Source of the DNA: Candidatus Bathyarchaeota archaeon
GTDB taxonomy: Archaea > Thermoproteota > CALKCG01 > B24 > DRYS01
Direction of reading: 5' to 3'
DNA: 64,000 nt
NCBI GenBank assembly: GCA_018396535.1
Contig: JAGTQC010000002.1
Location: forward strand, 192,001 to 256,000
The position numbers and the translations under genes were made by a program. Below are positions 1-10,315 of the stretch, piece after piece (the stretch's first letter is position 1; every line of letters starts with the position of its first letter). The notes under the pieces are model-generated. The model made no database searches and was not told the DNA's origin. It was given only the letters and a program-made list of their open reading frames with translations.

Positions 1-2
1 AG

Positions 3-380
3 CCTGTAAGGGATGGGGGGATGGCTACTGCTTTAATACTTCATATACTTGCTACGAGAGGTGAAAGTCTATCTGAAACTCTATCCAAGCTTCCAGCATA
101 CTATATGGTTAAGAGGAAGGTTTCGTTAAAAGAGGAGGTTAAATCTAGACTACTATCTATAATTGAGGAAAAGATCAAGGGAGAAGGTGAGAGAGTGGAG
201 AAGATAGATGGATTGAAGGTATGGTTTAATGATGGGAGCTGGATTCTTATAAGGCCTAGTGGGACTGAGCCTCTGTATAGGATTATAGCTGAAGCTAGAT
301 CGTATGAGAGAGCTGAGAGACTAGCTGAAGAGTATAGTAGGTTTATAGTAGAGACTATGAAGGAGCTAGCTAGCTCGTGA
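3..380 (+). CDS. Phosphoglucomutase/phosphomannomutase (phosphoglucosamine mutase) family, C-terminal part, truncated by window start
   Basis: Frame is open from nt 3 (PVRDGGMATAL); IDGLKV and WILIRPSGTEP motifs of domain IV. Confidence 0.9.
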   Translation, partial: PVRDGGMATALILHILATRGESLSETLSKLPAYYMVKRKVSLKEEVKSRLLSIIEEKIKGEGERVEKIDGLKVWFNDGSWILIRPSGTEPLYRIIAEARSYERAERLAEEYSRFIVETMKELASS

Positions 381-1664
381 GGGTAAAGGTATTACATAGG
401 GACCTTCAGGTATAGACAAAACTTTAACATCTGATCTACCTATAATCCTTAATGCCTCTCTGAATGCTTCCTCTAAATTCGATGCGTATAGAAGGTTCAT
501 ATCGAGAGCCTCTTCCTCACGTATACCTTTAGATACTAGTATCACTTTATTCTTGCATAGTACTTGAGCGAGTTTCTGCACCTCCCATTGATCTCTTAAC
601 GGTTCGTTAGCTTCTATGTATTCAAGGATTTTACATGGATCTTTGTGAATGGATGATAGTTCTCTAAAATCCTTATGCCCTACTCCATCCCTACACTCTG
701 ACACGATTATAATGACACCACCTTCTCTAGTAGCTCTAGAAGCTGTCACCATACCTTTAACTGCTTGGTATAAGTTTCTATCTAGAGGGTATCCACCATT
801 AGATGTGATCGTTATATCGGCTTGAAACGGTACATCGATACATATTAGTGAGCTTAAGAAGTCTACGGCTCTACGATAGGCTTCCACGTAATCTCCAGAT
901 GATACGTAGATGATTCTCTTACTCTTATCCAGAACTATATTTATAGTATACTCTAAACCTACTATAGATGCCGCATTCATCATATCCTCGTTAATAGGAT
1001 TTCCATCCAGATATCCGTAGTCTGCTAGCGGGTGGGCTATCATTTTGAAGCTATGATTCATATAGATCGATCTAACTCCAGCTACACCAGGTAGTACAAG
1101 CTTCCTACCACCGCTGTAACCTGCAAAGAAGTGCGGCTCTACCAATCCTACAGCTATTCTAAAACTAGATCTAGATACGACTCTATTTACGTAGAGTTCT
1201 GTACCAAATCTAGTTTTACCTATATACTCTAGAGAGTCTTTATCATCTGCTACGTGATTCACGACGTTATACTCTGAAACTATATCTTTCCCTAGGAAAT
1301 TCTCCAACTCCGATTTATTCATAGGTTCGTGTAGCCCATTTGCTACTACTATATCTATGTGCTCCATCTTTACACCAGTTCTTTTTATACGTGATAGGAG
1401 TATGGGGATTACTAGATTATTGGGAGTAGCTCTAGTCTTATCGGTGACTAGTATTGATACCCTACTAGTCTTTTTGAGTATATCGTCCAGTTTCGGTGTA
1501 TTGATAGGAGTATCTAGGGCTTCTTCGACTATTCTCCCTTGATCTAAAATGCTTCTATCTGGAAGCTTCGATGATACTGTATAGTATTTTATATTTCTTA
1601 CCTTGGGTATTTCAAATTTTATAGTCTCCTCGCCATATGGTAAGACTATCTTCAATACATCCAC
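366..1664 (-). CDS. larA: Nickel-pincer-dependent lactate racemase family protein
   Basis: DKTRATP, ANGLH, VVNH, PHFFAGYSGGRK and GGYPLDRNLYQAVKG motifs. Confidence 0.85.
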   Translation of the reverse strand: MDVLKIVLPYGEETIKFEIPKVRNIKYYTVSSKLPDRSILDQGRIVEEALDTPINTPKLDDILKKTSRVSILVTDKTRATPNNLVIPILLSRIKRTGVKMEHIDIVVANGLHEPMNKSELENFLGKDIVSEYNVVNHVADDKDSLEYIGKTRFGTELYVNRVVSRSSFRIAVGLVEPHFFAGYSGGRKLVLPGVAGVRSIYMNHSFKMIAHPLADYGYLDGNPINEDMMNAASIVGLEYTINIVLDKSKRIIYVSSGDYVEAYRRAVDFLSSLICIDVPFQADITITSNGGYPLDRNLYQAVKGMVTASRATREGGVIIIVSECRDGVGHKDFRELSSIHKDPCKILEYIEANEPLRDQWEVQKLAQVLCKNKVILVSKGIREEEALDMNLLYASNLEEAFREALRIIGRSDVKVLSIPEGPYVIPLPSRAS

Positions 1665-1742
1665 CTAATTAAGATTTTAGAAAGAAGGTAAAGGTTAATT
1701 AATAGTTTTTAGAAGAAATAAGTGATTGGAGGTTAAGTGGTT

Positions 1743-2057
1743 ATGGGCGGTACTAAGAAGAAATCCATATCACAGATGTTAAAAGCACAGTTAGCTAAAG
1801 AGGAAGAGAAGAAGACGCGTAGTAAAGAGGCTGCGAAAACTGAGAAGAGGATTTTGAATATAGACGCACCCACGTTAGGTAGTAGAGAGTTTATAGAAGA
1901 AATAAAGAAAATGAGAGTTTTAACACCCTATACTCTAGCATCCAAATATAATATAAGGTTAAGTATAGCTAAGGATTATCTAGAGATGTTAGAGTCGAAG
2001 GGTATAGTTAGATGCGTCGGTGGACATAATAGGGTTAGAATCTTCCAAGTCGTATGA
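1743..2057 (+). CDS. rps25e: 30S ribosomal protein S25e (eS25)
   Basis: MGGTKKK N-terminus, winged helix LTPYTLASKYNIRLSIAK, about 100 aa. Confidence 0.9.
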   Translation: MGGTKKKSISQMLKAQLAKEEEKKTRSKEAAKTEKRILNIDAPTLGSREFIEEIKKMRVLTPYTLASKYNIRLSIAKDYLEMLESKGIVRCVGGHNRVRIFQVV

Positions 2058-2073
2058 GCGTGGTCGCTACGGT

Positions 2074-2286
2074 ATGTACGATATAGAATCTGTTAGGAAA
2101 AAGCTAGAGGAGTTGGAAAGGGAGAAGGATAGGATTATAGAAGAGTTTAGGAAGTTGGAGGAGAGACGTAATAGCGGAGCTATATCTGAAGATGAGTATA
2201 GGAAAGAGAGGTATAGGTTGGAGAGGAGAGCCGTAGAGGTTATGGATCGTATAGCTCAGTTGAGATTTATGGCTGGTTATGTCTAG
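2074..2286 (+). CDS. Small coiled-coil protein (SHOCT-like GAISEDEY motif)
   Basis: Charged heptad helices; ATG 2074 follows GGTGG-like SD; downstream of eS25. Confidence 0.6.
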   Translation: MYDIESVRKKLEELEREKDRIIEEFRKLEERRNSGAISEDEYRKERYRLERRAVEVMDRIAQLRFMAGYV

Positions 2287-2557
2287 TTATCTAAGTCTAC
2301 CTATATTAATCTTATGCTATGTACTAGCTTCAGTATCCATACCTCTGTCCTTCTATATAGTGAAGAGGAAAATTGAGAGTGCTAGATATTTTAGATTGCT
2401 TTCATCCTATGTGATGACTTCTACTCTAGCTTATGCTGTGTGGCTACTCTTATTCAGGACTGGTAACATTATCTTAGATCTGTCCCCTCTTCCGTTAAAT
2501 CTAGTAGCGATTTTGACCCCTTGGATACTTTTGATAAAGAGAAAATATGTAAGCTAA
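2279..2557 (+). CDS. Small membrane protein, about 3 TM
   Basis: Hydrophobic segments; 8-nt overlap with the upstream gene. Confidence 0.55.
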   Translation: MSSYLSLPILILCYVLASVSIPLSFYIVKRKIESARYFRLLSSYVMTSTLAYAVWLLLFRTGNIILDLSPLPLNLVAILTPWILLIKRKYVS

Positions 2558-2620
2558 CGACTATACAAATTGAAATTAACGTTTATCTATCTAGCTATAT
2601 AGTAGGGGTTATAGTAAGCT

Positions 2621-4168
2621 TTGAAGCTTAAAGCCAAACCCTTAAGTCTAGAAGCTGGTGGTAAGTGGATCGTTGTACTCAATGAGGTCGATGCTGAAGA
2701 ACTTGGAGTTAAGAGCCTTAGTAGAGTGAATCTATCTTTAGATGGAAAGAAGGTAACGGCTATAGTTAATACTACGAGTTATTTTATAAATTCTGGATGG
2801 ATAGGGACATATAGAGAGGTAACATCTTATCTAGGCTTAAGGGAGGGTGTGGAAATAGATGTAACACCTTCACCTCCACCTAGATCTATACAGCATATTA
2901 GGGAGAAGCTTAGAGGTAGAAGTCTCGATAAGGATGCTATATACGATATAATTTATGATGTCGCCCATGGTAATCTGAGTGAAATCGAGATAACAGCATT
3001 TATAGCAAGCCTACATATGTATGGATTAAGCTTAGAGGAGGCTGCAGCTCTATCTGAAGCTATGGTTGCTACAGGTGAAAAACTTGAACTTAAAAGGAAG
3101 CCTATACTCGATAAACATTCAATAGGCGGAGTTCCTGGAGATAAGACCACACTGATAGTAGTACCGATAGTAGCATCATTAGGCTATACTATACCTAAAA
3201 CATCGTCTAGAGCTATAACATCTGCAGCTGGTACTGCTGATAGAGCTGAAGCAATCATGCCTGTATCTCTTTCGATAAGCGAGATGAGGGAGGTAGTAGA
3301 AAAGACTGGGGGATGTATAGTCTGGGGTGGAGCTCTACATCTAGCTCCCGCTGATGACATCTTCGTAAATATCGAGAGGCCTCTACAAATAGATCCACTA
3401 TTATTACCATCTATTATGGCTAAGAAGAAGGCTGTTGGAGCTGAGTATTTAGTTGTAGATATACCGACTGGCAGGGGTACTAAAGTGAAAACGATAGGTG
3501 AAGCGAATCTTCTGGCTAAAGATTTTATAAGACTGGGTAGTTTACTGGGTATAAAGGCTAAATGTTGTATCACATATGGTGAACAACCCATAGGATTTAC
3601 AGTAGGCCCAGCGTTAGAGGCTAAAGAAGCCTTAGAACTACTATCCATGTCTAAATATATACCCGATTTACTAGATAAGGCATGTAATATAGCTGGGATG
3701 CTACTAGAATCTGTGGGCAGAGAAGACGGATATAATATGGCTTTAGCAGCTGTGAAGCGAGGTATAGCTCTATCCAAACTTAGGGAGATTATAGAGGCAC
3801 AGGGAGGTGACCCGAATATTAAACCTGAAGATATAGCTATAGGTGAATGTAAATATACCTTTAGATCTACTAGAAAAGGTGTTGTTCTATGGATAGACAA
3901 TAATCGACTCGTGGAAGTTGCTAGATCATTAGGAGCACCTAAGGATAAGGGTGCAGGTGTAGAGTTGCATAAAAAGGTTGGAGATGCCGTAGAGCCTGGA
4001 GATATGTTATTCACTCTATATGCTGAGAAGGAGTATAAGTTAGATTATGCTATCAAAGAGATCGAGGAGGAAGGAGCATTCATAGGAGTAGGAGGATATA
4101 TGGATATGCTAATACAGAAGGTCGAGGAAATTCCAGTCTATAGTAGAACTTTCATACTTGAGAGGTAA
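2621..4168 (+). CDS. deoA: AMP phosphorylase (archaeal thymidine phosphorylase family)
   Basis: N-terminal double-psi extension; DKHSIGGVPGDKT, PKTSSRAITSAAGTAD and GAPKDKGAG motifs. Confidence 0.92.
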   Translation: MKLKAKPLSLEAGGKWIVVLNEVDAEELGVKSLSRVNLSLDGKKVTAIVNTTSYFINSGWIGTYREVTSYLGLREGVEIDVTPSPPPRSIQHIREKLRGRSLDKDAIYDIIYDVAHGNLSEIEITAFIASLHMYGLSLEEAAALSEAMVATGEKLELKRKPILDKHSIGGVPGDKTTLIVVPIVASLGYTIPKTSSRAITSAAGTADRAEAIMPVSLSISEMREVVEKTGGCIVWGGALHLAPADDIFVNIERPLQIDPLLLPSIMAKKKAVGAEYLVVDIPTGRGTKVKTIGEANLLAKDFIRLGSLLGIKAKCCITYGEQPIGFTVGPALEAKEALELLSMSKYIPDLLDKACNIAGMLLESVGREDGYNMALAAVKRGIALSKLREIIEAQGGDPNIKPEDIAIGECKYTFRSTRKGVVLWIDNNRLVEVARSLGAPKDKGAGVELHKKVGDAVEPGDMLFTLYAEKEYKLDYAIKEIEEEGAFIGVGGYMDMLIQKVEEIPVYSRTFILER

Positions 4169-4428
4169 ACTGTTCCAGGCCACTATGCAATCTTTTCCCA
4201 ACATCTTTAATTTAGATTAATGAATAAAAGTTAAGTTGGATTTGTATCTTATCCAGATATACTATGGCTGGTAGCTAAGATAATCATATTGTCAGTAGTA
4301 AGTCAAATTATAAGAATGCTACTTGACAGATTAATAAGAATAATCGATATTAGACTAAGAATGTATAAGTAATTATTTAGATAGGGAGGCGTATATTGAG
4401 AGACGATTTTAATGATGCGGTATGAAAA

Positions 4429-4752
4429 GAGTCTTCAATCATAGAAGTACTTATAATAATAGCAAGAGTAGCATACTTATATAGTACATTCCATATAATA
4501 GCTACCATGATAAATATGGAGGAGCATAATGAAAATGTCATAATATATAAGATGTTATCGTTAAAGTAGTAAGTTAGTAAGTACTAGATATCTCAAATTT
4601 CATAAGTTACTAAACCAGCTAATGTAGATATAAGGTATAGGATGCCATATAGAGTAGCAACTATAATCGTCGAATATCCTTATGGATTTAAAGTTAACTA
4701 TCTATATTGGGTAATCGGAGAATACGTAATCGTAAAGAATATACAGATATAA
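4429..4752 (+). pseudogene. Possible decayed pilin-like gene (fragments)
   Basis: Startless frame ESSIIEVLIIIARVAYLY...EHNENVII resembles the N-terminus of the pilin-like ORF at 52153; a further fragment at 4612-4752. Confidence 0.3.
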
Positions 4753-4890
4753 TGGGTGAAGTAGAATACATTATATAGATTACTACGCTTAGCTTAATGA
4801 TCAAATTGACGATAACTTTTAGGTTTAAAATGCCATAGCTAAAACATAGGATACCAATCTCATCTATAGGTTTAGGGTGGAAACCGTTAA

Positions 4891-5202
4891 GGAGAAAACT
4901 TAGGCAAAAAAATCCGTGAAGCAGCTGAAGGCTTAAAAAGAAACAAAGAAGGTAACTTAGAAAAGTTGTATCTTATCAATGATGGATTATCGAGGAGACA
5001 GCTAAAGGGAGGTAAAGCAAAGAAAGTCTACGATGGGTTAAAAATAGAAGCATAAGACTTGGAAGTCTTTACATGGTATGAAGTACTTTTAGAATTAAAG
5101 AAAACGGCTTCAACACAATTTTCACTAAAAGAGATTATGAGGTATGTTAGTAATAGGAAGAGTGACGACTACCTAAATGCCAATTACTTGTATGTATATT
5201 GA
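4891..5202 (+). pseudogene. Startless gene fragment with internal TAA (5053-5055)
   Basis: About 100 codons of protein-like sequence in one frame, broken by a single stop. Confidence 0.35.
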
Positions 5203-5604
5203 TCTAGTTTGAGGCCCGTCAAAATCTATAAGGAATACTTTCTGTCTTGTACCTATGACTATCTTCCCTTTAGATATAGGTAACGAAGTATGCATACCTA
5301 CAAGTATGGATCGTAAATGAGCCCATGCATTCACGGCCATACGGCCATCCTCTCTAAAGAAGTGATGATGCATGTATTCACCATCTTCAGGTACTAGCTT
5401 AGATAGAAATCTAACTATATCTTTAGTGAGACCCTTCTCGCTCTCATTAACAACTATACCTGTCGTCGTATGCATAGTATAGATCATAACTATACCATCG
5501 CTAACCCCACTCCTATCTACAACTTTAGATACCAAGTCTGTTATATCTATTAAATCCTCGTCTTTTCTAGATTCAACCTTTATGTATTCGCCATAGATTT
5601 TCAT
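5173..5604 (-). CDS. yjbQ: YjbQ/UPF0047 family (secondary thiamine-phosphate synthase-like)
   Basis: HTTTGIVVNE, NAWAHLRS and DFDGPQTR motifs. Confidence 0.9.
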   Translation of the reverse strand: MKIYGEYIKVESRKDEDLIDITDLVSKVVDRSGVSDGIVMIYTMHTTTGIVVNESEKGLTKDIVRFLSKLVPEDGEYMHHHFFREDGRMAVNAWAHLRSILVGMHTSLPISKGKIVIGTRQKVFLIDFDGPQTRSIYIQVIGI

Positions 5605-5613
5605 AGTCTCTCC

Positions 5614-6474
5614 TCAACTTAGGATATACAATGCATTTAACCTTAATATGGATTCTTTAACTTCGCTATCCATAGGGAGGTATTGTATAGCTTCTATCAT
5701 TTTCCCAGACTCCATACGTGGATGATTCGATCCAAATAATATCTTATCTTTAAGAAATGCCTCTACGAATCTAATGCCTAGAGTTTCTATGAAAACTTTC
5801 TTGAAATGATCTTTGGGCGTACCCGTAAATGTATCAGCTATATCGAGATACACATTTTCGTAACGAAGAGCTAAACAAATCGATTCCCAGATCCAGGGCC
5901 AACCCATATGCGTCAGTATTATCCTGAGTTCTTTAAACTTAGAAGCGATAGGTTCGATTAATAAGGGGTAACTATATAGGAGATTACTACGGATATTCCA
6001 AGAGAAACCAGTATGTATGGTTAGGATTGCGCCCATATCCTCTAATGATTCGTATATAGGGTAGATCCGTTCATCATCCGGTCTAAAGCCTTGAAGCGAT
6101 GGATTTAGCTTAACGCCTTTAAATCTACGATGATCAATATACTTCTCGATCTCATCTAATGCTTCATCACCTCTTAGAGGGTCTAATCCTATAAGCCCTA
6201 TGAATAGATCAGGATGCATTGATATAATTCTATCAAGCTCTTCATTACTAGGAAGTTTCACTCCATATGTCCTAGATAAATCCAACCCCAATATAACAGC
6301 TTTAGATACACCGAAGGATTTAAGTTGATCTACGAATACTCTCAATGGTTGTATACTCACTCTGAGATTATATACATCGCGTAAAGCCGTTGTCATCTGT
6401 GGGTTTCCTTTATGGATCTCCTCTATATTGATCGGATGGACATGAAAGTCTATTATAACCATGGGATGCTCCAC
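5614..6474 (-). CDS. Amidohydrolase_2 family metal-dependent hydrolase
   Basis: IIDFHVH, GVKL, IHTG, HMGWPW and LFGSNHP motifs. Confidence 0.85.
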   Translation of the reverse strand: MEHPMVIIDFHVHPINIEEIHKGNPQMTTALRDVYNLRVSIQPLRVFVDQLKSFGVSKAVILGLDLSRTYGVKLPSNEELDRIISMHPDLFIGLIGLDPLRGDEALDEIEKYIDHRRFKGVKLNPSLQGFRPDDERIYPIYESLEDMGAILTIHTGFSWNIRSNLLYSYPLLIEPIASKFKELRIILTHMGWPWIWESICLALRYENVYLDIADTFTGTPKDHFKKVFIETLGIRFVEAFLKDKILFGSNHPRMESGKMIEAIQYLPMDSEVKESILRLNALYILS

Positions 6475-6558
6475 CTTAGATTAAGATAGGGATAGAAATA
6501 CTTATATCAATCTATCGCGTCGAGTATGCTCATTACCAACTAGCTGGAGTGTACAAAT

Positions 6559-7020
6559 ATGAAGTGTAGAATAGTACTAGGTTTCGATCCCAATATGAGA
6601 TTTGAATGCGTTAAGTGTGGTTCATGCTGTCGTACAACTACTCATAACATCGTGCCTCTTCAGCTTTATCCACAAGAAGTTTCTAGAATAAGAGATATGG
6701 GTTATAGAGATTCCATAGCCTATATAGGGCGTGTACATTACATTAGAGCTGTGAATTCACACTGTATTTTTCTTACAGATGATGATCTATGCATGCTTAG
6801 ACTTAAACATAAATGGAGCCCGGTTAATTGCAGACTATTTCCAATAACTGTTAAGCTCATTAACGATACGTTCATCTTAAATATGAACTGGGAGTATTCA
6901 TCGAAAGTTAGTTGTAAAGGTTTTGGTTTAGGTCCGACTATAGCTGAAAGATTTAAGGATATAGAAGAACTCTTAGATGAGATAGCTGAGTATACAACAT
7001 ATAGTAGAAATGCTTATTAG
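6559..7020 (+). CDS. YkgJ family cysteine-cluster (CxxCxxCC) protein
   Basis: FECVKCGSCC, CIFL, LC and CRLFP motifs. Confidence 0.85.
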   Translation: MKCRIVLGFDPNMRFECVKCGSCCRTTTHNIVPLQLYPQEVSRIRDMGYRDSIAYIGRVHYIRAVNSHCIFLTDDDLCMLRLKHKWSPVNCRLFPITVKLINDTFILNMNWEYSSKVSCKGFGLGPTIAERFKDIEELLDEIAEYTTYSRNAY

Positions 7021-7028
7021 CTTGTAAT

Positions 7029-8144
7029 TTGAGGATTAATCCCACAATGTTCCCACTAGAAAACACACGTATTCGAAAGACTATATTGACTATGGATCCA
7101 TATGAGGCCCCGATGGAAATGGAGGGTATCGTAGCTAAACTTGACGCAAATGAAAACCCCTATGGCCCATCCCCCAGGGTCTACGAAGCATTAACCTGCA
7201 GCTTGAAGGATATATGGAAGTACCCCTCTGTGAGAGAATACGAAAAACTTGAAGAATCTATAGCCTCCAAACTTAAATTGGATGATCCTAGATGTGTTGT
7301 ATTAGGTTCTGGTTCAGATGAGCTCATAGATGTAGTATTCAAGCTATTCGTAAATCAGGGCAGTAGTATTCTCACGGTAGACCCAAGTTTCTCGATGTAT
7401 AGGGTATATACGCATATAGCTGGGGGACGTTTAGTCGAGTATACAATGTCTGAAGACTATGTATTTGATATAGACATTTTCTTAGGTATAATAGATATGC
7501 TTAAAGATAATATCTGTCTGATAGCATTATGTAATCCAAATAATCCTACTGGAGGATATATAGGAAGGAGCGATTTAGCTAGAATACTAGAGTATGGAAT
7601 ACCAGTCTTGGTGGATGAAGCCTATATAGAATTCTCCGGTTTAGAATCTGCTGTAGGTATGCTTAGAGATTACGAAAATATTGTAGTTTTAAGAACATTC
7701 TCTAAAGCATATGGATTGGCAGGTCTTAGAATAGGATACGCCGTTACTAGTAGATGGATATCAAATAATATGAGAAAGGTTAGATCTCCCTATAGCATTA
7801 ATCTCCTGGCTCTGAAGGCGGCTTCGGTGGCTATCGAAGATGATGAACATCTAAGGATGGTGGTAGAGGCAATAACATTAGAGAGGGAGAGAGTATTTCG
7901 TAAACTATCGGGTATAACCTCTCTTAAACCATTCCCATCTAGGGCTAATTTCATACTCGTAGATGGTAGTTGTTTAGGATTGAAGCCAGATGAATTTAAA
8001 TCAGCTCTTATGAAGAGAGGTGTTTCAGTTAGGATTTGGTCTAAACTTGGTATGCGTATGGGATGCATATTCCGTGTAACAATAGGTCGACCTAATGATA
8101 ACGATCTATTCCTCGATGCTATAGTAGATTTAGGAGGTGGATGA
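7029..8144 (+). CDS. hisC: Histidinol-phosphate aminotransferase (true start may be 7047)
   Basis: LDANENP, CNPNNPTG, DEAY and RTFSKAYGLAGLRIG motifs; first gene of the his cluster. Confidence 0.93.
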   Translation: MRINPTMFPLENTRIRKTILTMDPYEAPMEMEGIVAKLDANENPYGPSPRVYEALTCSLKDIWKYPSVREYEKLEESIASKLKLDDPRCVVLGSGSDELIDVVFKLFVNQGSSILTVDPSFSMYRVYTHIAGGRLVEYTMSEDYVFDIDIFLGIIDMLKDNICLIALCNPNNPTGGYIGRSDLARILEYGIPVLVDEAYIEFSGLESAVGMLRDYENIVVLRTFSKAYGLAGLRIGYAVTSRWISNNMRKVRSPYSINLLALKAASVAIEDDEHLRMVVEAITLERERVFRKLSGITSLKPFPSRANFILVDGSCLGLKPDEFKSALMKRGVSVRIWSKLGMRMGCIFRVTIGRPNDNDLFLDAIVDLGGG

Positions 8145-9006
8145 AATAATGAGAATAAGGATAGCGGTACCTAATAAGGGTAGGCTTAGAGAGCCTGCAT
8201 TAAACTTACTTAGGAAAGCTGGGTTAAAAGGAGAGTATAGTGGTAGACTATTGTATTGCCAAACCTCCAATCCGTTTGTTGAACTTATATTCGCTAGAGC
8301 CATAGATATACCTGGATTCGTAGCCTTAGGAGCAGCGGATTTAGGTATAACGGGACATGATTACGTAGTAGAAGCAGGTGTAGATGTAGTAGAACTCTTA
8401 GACTTAGGATTTGGTCGAGCTAGGATAGTAGTAGCAGCCCATGAAGACTCCATAGATAATATCGAAGATGTAAAACCGGGTAGCGTAGTAGCTACGAAGT
8501 ATGTGAATATAGCCAGAAGATTCTTTGAGAATATAGGATTGAATGTATCTATACTTAGAATAACTGGTGCCGCGGAGATTACACCATACATAGGTATCGC
8601 CGATCTTATAGTTGATGTTACTAGCACTGGACATACATTAGCTATGCATAGATTGAAGATATTATCAGAAGTTATGGAGACATCTGCTAGGCTTATAGCG
8701 AATCCATCAAGCTTTAGAGACAAACGTGAAGTAATAGAAGAGATACGTCTAGCACTAGATAGTGTTATACGAGCTGAGGGTATGAAACTTATCATGATGA
8801 ACGTCCCAGACGAGAAGTTAAACTCTGTTTTAAAGGTACTACCAGCTATGGCTGGACCGACTATAGCTGAAGTTAAAGCTGAAACTAAAATGTGGGAAGT
8901 ATATACCGTGATACCTGAAAGCGATCTATACCGTGTTATAAGTGAAGCTAAGAGGGCTGGTGGTAGAGATATAATTGTGCTACCTATAGAACGCGTTGTT
9001 GTATAG
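8137..9006 (+). CDS. hisG: ATP phosphoribosyltransferase, long form
   Basis: IAVPNKGRL, ADLGITG, VATKY and DVTSTG motifs plus the C-terminal regulatory domain. Confidence 0.95.
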   Translation: MDEIMRIRIAVPNKGRLREPALNLLRKAGLKGEYSGRLLYCQTSNPFVELIFARAIDIPGFVALGAADLGITGHDYVVEAGVDVVELLDLGFGRARIVVAAHEDSIDNIEDVKPGSVVATKYVNIARRFFENIGLNVSILRITGAAEITPYIGIADLIVDVTSTGHTLAMHRLKILSEVMETSARLIANPSSFRDKREVIEEIRLALDSVIRAEGMKLIMMNVPDEKLNSVLKVLPAMAGPTIAEVKAETKMWEVYTVIPESDLYRVISEAKRAGGRDIIVLPIERVVV

Positions 9007-9020
9007 GAGGATAATGCCAT

Positions 9021-9734
9021 ATGGAGATTATACCCTCGATAGATATTGAAAGAGGGATATGTGTTAAACGTATACGTGGAGAACCTGGTAGCGGTATCAA
9101 AATAGGAGATCCTAAACAGGTTGCATTAAGATGGTATTCAGAAGGAGCTTCAAGGCTACATATAGTTGATCTTGACGGGGCATTCATAGGTAAACCAGTT
9201 AACTTCGAGGTAATAGCTAGTATTGTAAATATGGTTAAAATACCAGTACAAGTTGGGGGAGGGTTGAGGACACTAGATGATTTTTTACGATACGTAGAGA
9301 TCGGAGTGGATAAGGTCATAGTTGGTACGGTAGCCTATGAGAAACCGGAGATGGTGGATAAATTGGTCAATACTCTAGGTGGAGGGAGAATTATAGTTGC
9401 GTTGGATGCATCTAAGGGTATGCTTAGGATACATGGCTGGAGGATGAAAACAGGCACGAATATTATACACTATGCTAAGAGACTAGACTGTATAGGCCTA
9501 GCAGGCTTCCTATACACTAACGTAGATTTAGAAGGTACACTTAGTGGCATAGATACATATATGATTAAAACTCTTGTAGAGAACCTTAACACGCCTATAA
9601 TTTATGCTGGAGGAGTTTCTACGCTTGAAGACATTAAGAAACTTAAAGAGCTTGGCGTATCAGCTATAATATTAGGTAGAGCCCTCTACGATGGATTGAT
9701 AAGTTTTAGGGAGGCTCAAAAACTATGCGTATAG
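9021..9734 (+). CDS. hisA: ProFAR isomerase
   Basis: IPSIDI, LHIVDLDGA, QVGGGLR and AGGVS motifs. Confidence 0.93.
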   Translation: MEIIPSIDIERGICVKRIRGEPGSGIKIGDPKQVALRWYSEGASRLHIVDLDGAFIGKPVNFEVIASIVNMVKIPVQVGGGLRTLDDFLRYVEIGVDKVIVGTVAYEKPEMVDKLVNTLGGGRIIVALDASKGMLRIHGWRMKTGTNIIHYAKRLDCIGLAGFLYTNVDLEGTLSGIDTYMIKTLVENLNTPIIYAGGVSTLEDIKKLKELGVSAIILGRALYDGLISFREAQKLCV

Positions 9735-10315
9735 CTTCTTTCAAAAGAGAAACTCTCGAGACGAGAGTAGAAGTTTACCTAAACCTTGATGGCGTAGGTG
9801 AAGCTAAAGTAGATACAGGTATATCCTTCTTAGATCATCTACTGGAAACCCTATCATTGTATAGCTTCATAGACACTACAATTAAAACGGTTTATGTAGA
9901 TAGATTTGATGAACATCACATAACTGAAGATACGGCGATAGCTCTCGGTAGAGCTTTCGATCAAGCACTAGGCGATAGGGTGGGTATAAAGAGGTTTGGC
10001 TTCAGCTTTATACCCATGGATGAAGCTCTAGCTTTCGCAGCTGTAGATTTAGGTGGAAGGCCATATCTCAAATTTAAAGCATCATTCTTATCTAACATAA
10101 TAGGCGACTTACCGCTTAATCTTATTAGACACATACTTGAATCCTTAGCGTATAATGGCAAGATATGCATACATGCCAAGATTCTTTATGGAGTAGATGA
10201 TCATCATAAAGTTGAAGCTCTATTTAAAGCACTAGGGAAAGCTTTAAGATCAGCCATTGAATATGATGAAAGAGCGATGGGAAAGAGTATGAGTAGAAAG
10301 GGGGTTTTAGGATGA
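9725..10315 (+). CDS. hisB: Imidazoleglycerol-phosphate dehydratase
   Basis: DEHHITED, PMDEAL and DDHHKVEALFKA motifs; no phosphatase domain. Confidence 0.95.
   Translation: MRIASFKRETLETRVEVYLNLDGVGEAKVDTGISFLDHLLETLSLYSFIDTTIKTVYVDRFDEHHITEDTAIALGRAFDQALGDRVGIKRFGFSFIPMDEALAFAAVDLGGRPYLKFKASFLSNIIGDLPLNLIRHILESLAYNGKICIHAKILYGVDDHHKVEALFKALGKALRSAIEYDERAMGKSMSRKGVLG

Noticed and set aside
3184-4014. 276-aa antisense ORF, and similar ones at 8361-9020, 14856-15311, 18774-19241, 25000-25623, 29250-29753, 56456-56917 and 60926-61378
   Set aside because: Shadow frames of well-supported genes; Ser/Ile/Pro-rich with no motifs
4171-4885. Replication origin (GTTCCAG at 4172 and GTGGAAAC at about 4877 in an AT-rich gap)
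   Set aside because: Only half-matches to the ORB consensus, not repeated, and no cdc6/orc1 nearby
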